From: an uncultured Candidatus Saccharibacteria bacterium
GTDB taxonomy: Bacteria; Patescibacteriota; Minisyncoccia; Phycocordibacterales; CSBR16-119
Length of the DNA stretch: 64,000 bases
Reading direction: 5' to 3'
Assembly: GCA_964426385.1 (NCBI GenBank)
Contig: CAYRQF010000001.1
Span: 167,939-231,938 of the forward strand
Position 1 is the first letter of the stretch; each line of letters starts with the position of its first letter. Made by a program: the position numbers and the translations under genes. Below the pieces are notes generated by a model that was not told the DNA's origin, did not search any database, and worked only from the letters and a program-made list of their open reading frames with translations. Of this stretch, positions 58,446 to 64,000 are shown in pieces.

Positions 58446-58823
58446 CTAAGAACTCACGATGACACTGAACCCGCCATACGCCATACGATTCATATCAAAA
58501 GGCATCGGTTTGTTCGCATACTTCGGATCATTCATCGTCGGATCCTTCATGACTTTCGCATTGACCGCATCTCTATGAGCTCGCGACTTGAAAAGAATAT
58601 ATGAGAACACCACGAGCTCTCCTGGCTTGGCGTTCGCCATTTTACCAAAAGGCATCAGTACATGTTTCGGTTTCGGATCTTCGATAACACACTCTTTGTA
58701 ATCGAGTGCTCCGTGCTTCATCCAGAGTTTGCTTCCCATCGTCGCCATCTCTTTATAATCCGCAAGCTTCTTCTTAGATACAACCATCACAAAACCGTCG
58801 ACATAATTACCTATATTTTTCAT
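58446..58823 (-). CDS. DUF1428 (YbaA) family protein
   Basis: YVDGFV, HGALDYKEC, SRAHRD.VN.KVMKDP, MPFD..RM.YGGF. Confidence 0.92.
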   Translation of the reverse strand: MKNIGNYVDGFVMVVSKKKLADYKEMATMGSKLWMKHGALDYKECVIEDPKPKHVLMPFGKMANAKPGELVVFSYILFKSRAHRDAVNAKVMKDPTMNDPKYANKPMPFDMNRMAYGGFSVIVSS

Positions 58824-58939
58824 CCCATTAGAGATAGCAAATTATTAATTTGCACAGCTCGTTTATAATTTGTAATTAAACTTCTAACATCCATTTACCT
58901 AACCCTGTGATCTTATAAACTTCCTGATCTCTAACGGGA
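58823..58939. mobile_element. MITE-like element, 117 bp, copy 2
   Basis: TCCCATTAGAGAT / ATCTCTAACGGGA ends; first 31 bp match 8621-8651 except one base. Confidence 0.7.
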
Positions 58940-58999
58940 CAAGTATAGACACTCAACTTAATAATATGATCTATTTTACCACTTTCTCCATGCTGAAGA

Positions 59000-59039
59000 A
59001 ATAACAAAGCCTCAGTCTCACGACTGAGGCTTTGTTATT
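59000..59039 (-). terminator. Long perfect hairpin terminator
   Basis: aataacaaagcctcagtc-tcac-gactgaggctttgttatt. Confidence 0.8.
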
Positions 59040-59044
59040 CGATA

Positions 59045-59401
59045 TCAGGACCCTTTGGGTTTTTTCCACTGACCCGTCATGTCGTCAAAATCGGCGAGAG
59101 TGTCTCCCGAATCTGGCATGTCGTCTTTGTAATAGACAACCTCAATGACCGTCACCGCGCCATTATTACTATATCTCTTGCTGTTTGTTATGGGGTATAT
59201 ACCTTTTCTTTTATATACATACTCATTGAAATCTCCGGTAATCCCGTTTTCCTTTTTAACCTCAAGTAGATATATTCCCTTGTCATCTGCTAGTTCACGC
59301 ACGAATTGAGCATTCTCAACAAAGGTACTTATCTTTTCTAGTATCTCTTCTTTGGTAAGAATCCTTTCCCGAGCTGCTTCAAATTTGAAACCCTCACCCA
59401 T
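59045..59401 (-). CDS. Hypothetical protein
   Basis: 118-aa ORF in operon with aquaporin. Confidence 0.7.
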   Translation of the reverse strand: MGEGFKFEAARERILTKEEILEKISTFVENAQFVRELADDKGIYLLEVKKENGITGDFNEYVYKRKGIYPITNSKRYSNNGAVTVIEVVYYKDDMPDSGDTLADFDDMTGQWKKPKGS

Positions 59402-59402
59402 A

Positions 59403-60005
59403 TTATTTACCAGAATTCAATATTCTGTGTAGCCACATACCGAGCACTCCTCCAACTACAGGACCTACCAGGTAGGCAACGCCCCAGATTTTTACTCCGA
59501 CTGCCACAGCTGGGTTTAGGATTCCGTATGACCCAAGTCCACCAGCAATATATGAACCAACCATCAGTGATCCACCAACGAGTAGTGCTGTTACTGCCTG
59601 ACCCTTACTTGATGAAGACATTGCTCCTGCCACACCGAATGCAAACACTGTCATACCGATAATTTCTGCTACGAGAGTAGCGACAGAAAAATCTGTTACG
59701 AAAGCCGGCATAACATGACCAAACCCGAGAGATATACCATACGCAACCAACCCTCCGAGTAGCTGAGCTACTATATAAAACAGTGCATCTTTCTTTGAGA
59801 TTCGTCCGACTGACAACGCACCAAGAGTAATACCTGGGTTAACATGAGCACCGCTTACAGCGCCAATCATTAGAACGATAACAGCCAGAGTGATACCCAC
59901 GAGTACTGCCGTCGGCCAACCCGCTGCCGTAAATATAGAGGCGATGACGATAAGCGACAAAACAAGTGTCCCAAAAAACTCTGCGAAATATTTCTTCATC
60001 ATCAT
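59403..60005 (-). CDS. Aquaporin (MIP family)
   Basis: AEFFGT, SGAHVNPG, LNPAVA. Confidence 0.92.
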   Translation of the reverse strand: MMMKKYFAEFFGTLVLSLIVIASIFTAAGWPTAVLVGITLAVIVLMIGAVSGAHVNPGITLGALSVGRISKKDALFYIVAQLLGGLVAYGISLGFGHVMPAFVTDFSVATLVAEIIGMTVFAFGVAGAMSSSSKGQAVTALLVGGSLMVGSYIAGGLGSYGILNPAVAVGVKIWGVAYLVGPVVGGVLGMWLHRILNSGK

Positions 60006-60133
60006 GTGAATTATCCAACTAATTTTAATGGCTATATTATAGCACCCCTAAGCCGAAGAATGACTCACTTACAATATAGATGTGGAGAAAATCGACCCAC
60101 TATGGAGGGACTCCAGCGAAAGCCTACTGCTGA

Positions 60134-61825
60134 CTAGATGCCCTCGGCTTTCTTCTTGGAAAGCTCAGCGAAAATTCCTGTTCCTCTGACGAGGCCAAGT
60201 GGAGTAAGCACCTCATCTCGGTAATGTTCCTGGAATCTTATTAGGGCACCCTCTGTTCTAGAAGAGAAAAAAATTGTTTCATTACCAGGTGAACCATACC
60301 CCGATTCACCCAGAAGAAATCCTTCACAGTTTAAAAACTTCTGTAGACTTCTAACATCTTCGCCCTGCACACCGAGTTTCAAAACTCTCTGCGGTATCTC
60401 TAGCCCACATTTACCAACTTCAGATTTATCGGATTCGGTGTTCGCCACACTTTGGTTTTCTTTTTTTAATAAATTTATGACTGGCGATGTATTCCTATTG
60501 GCAAGATTTCTAGTCCTGGCCGACACAGTAGTCCCCGTAGAGGTATTTGATACTGGTGGCAACAAAGCAAACTCGGCGCTCACTGAAATATTCGCAGAAA
60601 CATTTATATCGGTTCTCGGATTTTGAACAGAAGCGTCTGACCACTGCACGAATTCATATCCATTATCTGGTACAGCCGTTACAGCTGTACCGTTATCGCC
60701 ATCGAGCACGGTCTGAGAACTTGTTCCTACTAGCACCCCACCTATTCCCGCCACATATTCTAGATCATAAGTCACAGCCTCATCAGTAGTAAAAGTTAGC
60801 TCCGCACCATAACTTGTCCCTTCTGAATTTGTTGCATACGCCCGAATATAGTAATCGGTTTCTGGAGAAAGCCCGGTGACAGAACTTACAAACACCCCTG
60901 TTCCGGTGCCGTCTAATGTACAATCATCGCTAGTTGTTGCCGGAGAAACGACACTCCAGCAGACACCCCTGGTGGTAACTTCAGCACCTTGGTCATCCGT
61001 CACATTTCCGCCTGTACTTGCTGTATTTGCTGTCACGCCAGTGACGCTCTCTGTTGAAACGATCGGAGCACCTTCTTCTACAAACACAGCACCACCCTCA
61101 AGCTCAATTAAAAAATCATCTATTTTTTCCATCCGTGAACCCGCTGCTGCAAAAAATCCGTGAATTATACTGGCACCCCCTAGGTCAGCATTAACCACTC
61201 CGTCCAATGTCTTCTCTGTTTTCATTGAGCCCAGAACCCCGCTCGCATCAGAATTCCAGATTTGAAATACTAAATCATAGGTATTGTTACCTTGCGCCGA
61301 AACCTCAAAGATCATTTTATACCAGTTCCCGAGGACCAAATCTGGTGGCCAAGACACGTCTGTATACACTCTATTATTAACAAATGAGCCACCCCCTCCA
61401 TGAAATGACATTCCGATACCCTTGAGCGGATGCCCTGTGAAGTCACCTGAGTTTGTATCTGAGTTAGAAAATCCTAATCCTCCATAACCACCGTTTTGCT
61501 GGATTTTGAAATATGCGCTAAACGTATACACGTCACCAGCACCAGCAACACTATAGCCCTGCTTCGTAGTCCAAATATCAGTTGTACCCAGTGGAACATT
61601 TATTGAGCCAGTGTTCCCTATCCCCCCTGTTGCCATATTAGTAAATTGGGCCGACCCATCAGAATTAAAAAAATCTGTCAGGTCTGTCGTATCATTAAAA
61701 TCAACGAGATTGGTAATGAGCGCATGCGCATTACTTGGTACACAAAAAGAGGCGGTAAAAATAACTCCGGCGAAGAAGAACCAAATAAGCTGAATGATTT
61801 TTAATTTGTAGTTATTAGAACTCAT
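60134..61825 (-). CDS. Secreted multidomain surface protein (lectin-like, FN3-like, InlB B-repeat-like, peptidoglycan-binding)
   Basis: Signal peptide; GVCWS...YYIRAYATNSEGTSYG; AVPDNGYEFVQWSD; GEDVRSLQKFLN...ALIRFQ. Confidence 0.8.
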   Translation of the reverse strand: MSSNNYKLKIIQLIWFFFAGVIFTASFCVPSNAHALITNLVDFNDTTDLTDFFNSDGSAQFTNMATGGIGNTGSINVPLGTTDIWTTKQGYSVAGAGDVYTFSAYFKIQQNGGYGGLGFSNSDTNSGDFTGHPLKGIGMSFHGGGGSFVNNRVYTDVSWPPDLVLGNWYKMIFEVSAQGNNTYDLVFQIWNSDASGVLGSMKTEKTLDGVVNADLGGASIIHGFFAAAGSRMEKIDDFLIELEGGAVFVEEGAPIVSTESVTGVTANTASTGGNVTDDQGAEVTTRGVCWSVVSPATTSDDCTLDGTGTGVFVSSVTGLSPETDYYIRAYATNSEGTSYGAELTFTTDEAVTYDLEYVAGIGGVLVGTSSQTVLDGDNGTAVTAVPDNGYEFVQWSDASVQNPRTDINVSANISVSAEFALLPPVSNTSTGTTVSARTRNLANRNTSPVINLLKKENQSVANTESDKSEVGKCGLEIPQRVLKLGVQGEDVRSLQKFLNCEGFLLGESGYGSPGNETIFFSSRTEGALIRFQEHYRDEVLTPLGLVRGTGIFAELSKKKAEGI

Positions 61826-61866
61826 ACTGGTATGACTCGTAAATTATACCAAGAATAATAATTTAC

Positions 61867-62090
61867 TCCAGACAAATTCTCATAGCTGCGGGACTAGGGC
61901 TCGGTCACAAATCACTAAGTCTTTTATTTCGCTCTGCTCATAAAATCCAAAGTGTTCGCGACCCCGCCTCGGCACTCCACCCTGCTTTAGCAGGCGTGCC
62001 TGCGGCCTTCTCGCCCTCAGACGACACCGCAATGCAAATTTGCCATGGAAGAATCCAGACAAATTCTCATAGCTGCGGGACTAGGGCTCG
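61867..62090. mobile_element. 150-bp insert bounded by 37-bp direct repeats containing the tRNA-Gln 3' end
   Basis: tccagacaaattctcatagctgcgggactagggctcg at 61867-61903 and 62054-62090. Confidence 0.75.
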
Positions 62091-62143
62091 AACCTAGATA
62101 CCCAGGACCAAAACCTGGTGTCCTACCATTAGACGATCCCGCA
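62073..62143 (-). tRNA. tRNA-Gln (TTG)
   Basis: TGCGGGA/TCCCGCA acceptor, ccagg-TTTTGGT-cctgg anticodon arm, GGTTCGAGCCC T-loop. Confidence 0.95.
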
Positions 62144-62148
62144 ATATA

Positions 62149-62180
62149 TCAGCTTCTAGTGGCTAGCTTCTAGCTTCTAG
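62149..62180. repeat. 7-bp tandem array (CTAGCTT family)
   Basis: tcagctt-ctagtgg-ctagctt-ctagctt-ctag just upstream of tRNA-Gln. Confidence 0.75.
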
Positions 62181-62269
62181 TAAAACTAATGACGTCATTT
62201 TGCCTCAAAATAGAGCTTAAATCAAGGAAGTGATAAAATAAAACTACCTTAAAAATTAACCAAATATTT

Positions 62270-62470
62270 ATGTCAAAAACATTTGCTTGGATATTAGTCA
62301 TCCTTATCATCGCTTTTGGAATCTGGAAATTCAAAACTTCTGACAAAGTCCTCATTCAACCCGACGAGAATGTTGCCTGTACCATGGAGGCCAAGCTCTG
62401 CCCTGACGGAAGCTCTGTCGGACGCCAAGGCCCAAACTGTGAATTCTCTGCCTGCCCTGGTCCTCAATAA
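62270..62470 (+). CDS. Small membrane-anchored Cys-rich protein
   Basis: ACTMEAKLCPDGSSVGRQGPNCEFSACP motif common in CPR/DPANN surface proteins. Confidence 0.8.
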   Translation: MSKTFAWILVILIIAFGIWKFKTSDKVLIQPDENVACTMEAKLCPDGSSVGRQGPNCEFSACPGPQ

Positions 62471-62538
62471 GATCTCGTTATACAAGTCTCGAGTTCAAAA
62501 CTCTGCTAACACTCGATTAAAAGTGCTAGAATTGAACC

Positions 62539-62802
62539 ATGACAGAAAAGAAATGGTTCAAACGCAAACTCTACGGCTATGGTTGGACTCCCTCATCAGG
62601 AGAGGGTTGGCTCGTACTCGTTCTATATATAGTTTTCAATATAAAGAATTTTCTCGAAATAGAGAGTGTGTCCCGTACTATAAATATCGCCATCACAAGC
62701 TTCACTCCAACTTTTCTATTATCAACCGCTCTCCTCATCTGTATCTGTATCCGATACGGAGAGAAACCTCGCTGGCAGTGGGGTAAGAGAATCGAAGACT
62801 AG
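62539..62802 (+). CDS. Small membrane protein
   Basis: WFKRKLYGYGWTP...GEKPRWQWG. Confidence 0.8.
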   Translation: MTEKKWFKRKLYGYGWTPSSGEGWLVLVLYIVFNIKNFLEIESVSRTINIAITSFTPTFLLSTALLICICIRYGEKPRWQWGKRIED

Positions 62803-62805
62803 TAT

Positions 62806-63672
62806 ATGTCTACCGGAATACTGTTCGCCATAGTCGCGATGCTCTGCTGGGGCTTCGGGGACTTCTTCATCCAACGCTCAACTAGGAAAATCGGTGACTT
62901 CGAAACACTTTTCCTCATCACATTCTTCGGGAGTCTCGTACTTCTACCATTCGTCTGGTCTGATATCGGGGCACTGTTCTCTGAACTTCAAAGTGGTCTC
63001 GCTATACTACTCGCCGGTGCGGTTATCCTATTCGTGGCGGCGCTACTCGAATTCGAGGCACTAAAACGTGGCAAGATATCCGTTATCGAGCCGACGTGGT
63101 CTCTCGAGATTCCGATGGCCGGAATACTCGCCCTCATCATCCTCGGAGAGACTCTGACTGGTTATCAGACCCTTCTCATCACACTACTAATAGTCGGACT
63201 GTTTCTCGTATCTTTCCGTGGGCGAGCGTTCTCCTCGAGCTTCCTGCTCGAAAAAGGTGTAGCGCTCTCCATCGTGGCAGCCCTCGTCATGGGTAGCGCC
63301 AATTTCTTCGTCGGCTGGGGTGCGCGCGAGACCGACCCCCTACTTGTTAATTTCGCTGTATCTTTCCTCGCCATGCTCGGTGCGGGTGTGTTCCTCCTTA
63401 TCAAGGGTAGATTGTTCACGACGTTTCAACACCTGAGGGAAAGTCCTAAAACTCTGATACCCATGATTACACTCGACAACATCGCTTGGGTTGCATTTGC
63501 CTATGGTATGACGCTGGCCCCTATAGGTATAACTGTAGCTCTGTCAGAGAGCTATATACTCATCGCCGTAATGCTCGGCTTCGTCGTCGGACATGAGCGG
63601 TTAGAGCGTCACCAATACCTCGGACTCTCTCTCGCCGTAGTATCAGCAGTTGCACTCGCTGCGTTCTCCTAA
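62806..63672 (+). CDS. DMT/EamA family transporter
   Basis: About ten TMs in two repeats; AMLCWG, ALKRGKISVI. Confidence 0.88.
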   Translation: MSTGILFAIVAMLCWGFGDFFIQRSTRKIGDFETLFLITFFGSLVLLPFVWSDIGALFSELQSGLAILLAGAVILFVAALLEFEALKRGKISVIEPTWSLEIPMAGILALIILGETLTGYQTLLITLLIVGLFLVSFRGRAFSSSFLLEKGVALSIVAALVMGSANFFVGWGARETDPLLVNFAVSFLAMLGAGVFLLIKGRLFTTFQHLRESPKTLIPMITLDNIAWVAFAYGMTLAPIGITVALSESYILIAVMLGFVVGHERLERHQYLGLSLAVVSAVALAAFS

Positions 63673-63690
63673 GGATGTTAAAATATTGAT

Positions 63691-64000
63691 ATGAAATTAT
63701 TTGAAAGCCACAAAGAAACACATGAACTTATACACACCGACTTCAAGCACTTTGAAGGTGGTTGGTATGGAAACAAGTCTTTTCTTGGCAAATATAATGA
63801 TCTTGATCACAACCGACCAGCAATGCTAACTTACCATTTCAAGTTTGATGACGATAACATCAAAAGAGGAATGATAGATGACGAGAAGTGTCCTTTCCCT
63901 GTAGAGATAAAAAGGATTGGCGAGGACTCATACCAAGGGGTGGCATATTCTGATGAACCTGAGGATGTGGCTATACAGTCTTGGATATATCACTATACCG
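63691..64000 (+). CDS. Hypothetical protein, truncated by window edge
   Basis: Open frame from ATG 63691 (MKLFESHKETHELIHTDF...) to the end. Confidence 0.6.
   Translation, partial: MKLFESHKETHELIHTDFKHFEGGWYGNKSFLGKYNDLDHNRPAMLTYHFKFDDDNIKRGMIDDEKCPFPVEIKRIGEDSYQGVAYSDEPEDVAIQSWIYHYT

Noticed and set aside
61880-62062. 60-aa ORF inside the tRNA-associated insert
   Set aside because: No recognisable motif; overlaps both repeat copies; probably spurious

Overview
64 kb of a small-genome bacterial chromosome (standard code 11). Gene content and style point to Patescibacteria/CPR, probably Parcubacteria (inference). Most core genes are on the minus strand: transketolase N-subunit, rpe, class I aldolase, rpiB, gap, gatB, obgE, mraZ-rsmH-ftsL-ftsI, lysS, greA, PBP2, an ABC exporter, dapF and typA. 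There are two tRNAs (Glu-CTC, Gln-TTG). No CRISPR array, rRNA, integrase or transposase was seen. Main points of interest: (1) An 8.3-kb five-gene operon (16556-24844) with one PPDK/PEP-synthase-type ATP-grasp domain and six phospho-His swivel domains, each fused to its own acceptor-like domain. It has no pyruvate-binding barrel, two genes share an identical 35-bp 3' tract, and two histidine phosphatases lie next to it. (2) About 13 self-contained orphan cassettes (sigma70 promoter, SD-less A/C-rich leader, GC hairpin), four of them in a tandem array at 55.7-57.7 kb. (3) Miniature inverted-repeat elements that abut start codons, one carrying only a GIY-YIG nuclease. (4) A 150-bp insert bounded by a duplicated tRNA-Gln 3' end. 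(5) A dapF + CysK-like gene pair and a truncated DapD. All calls come from reading motifs by eye; no database searches were run.
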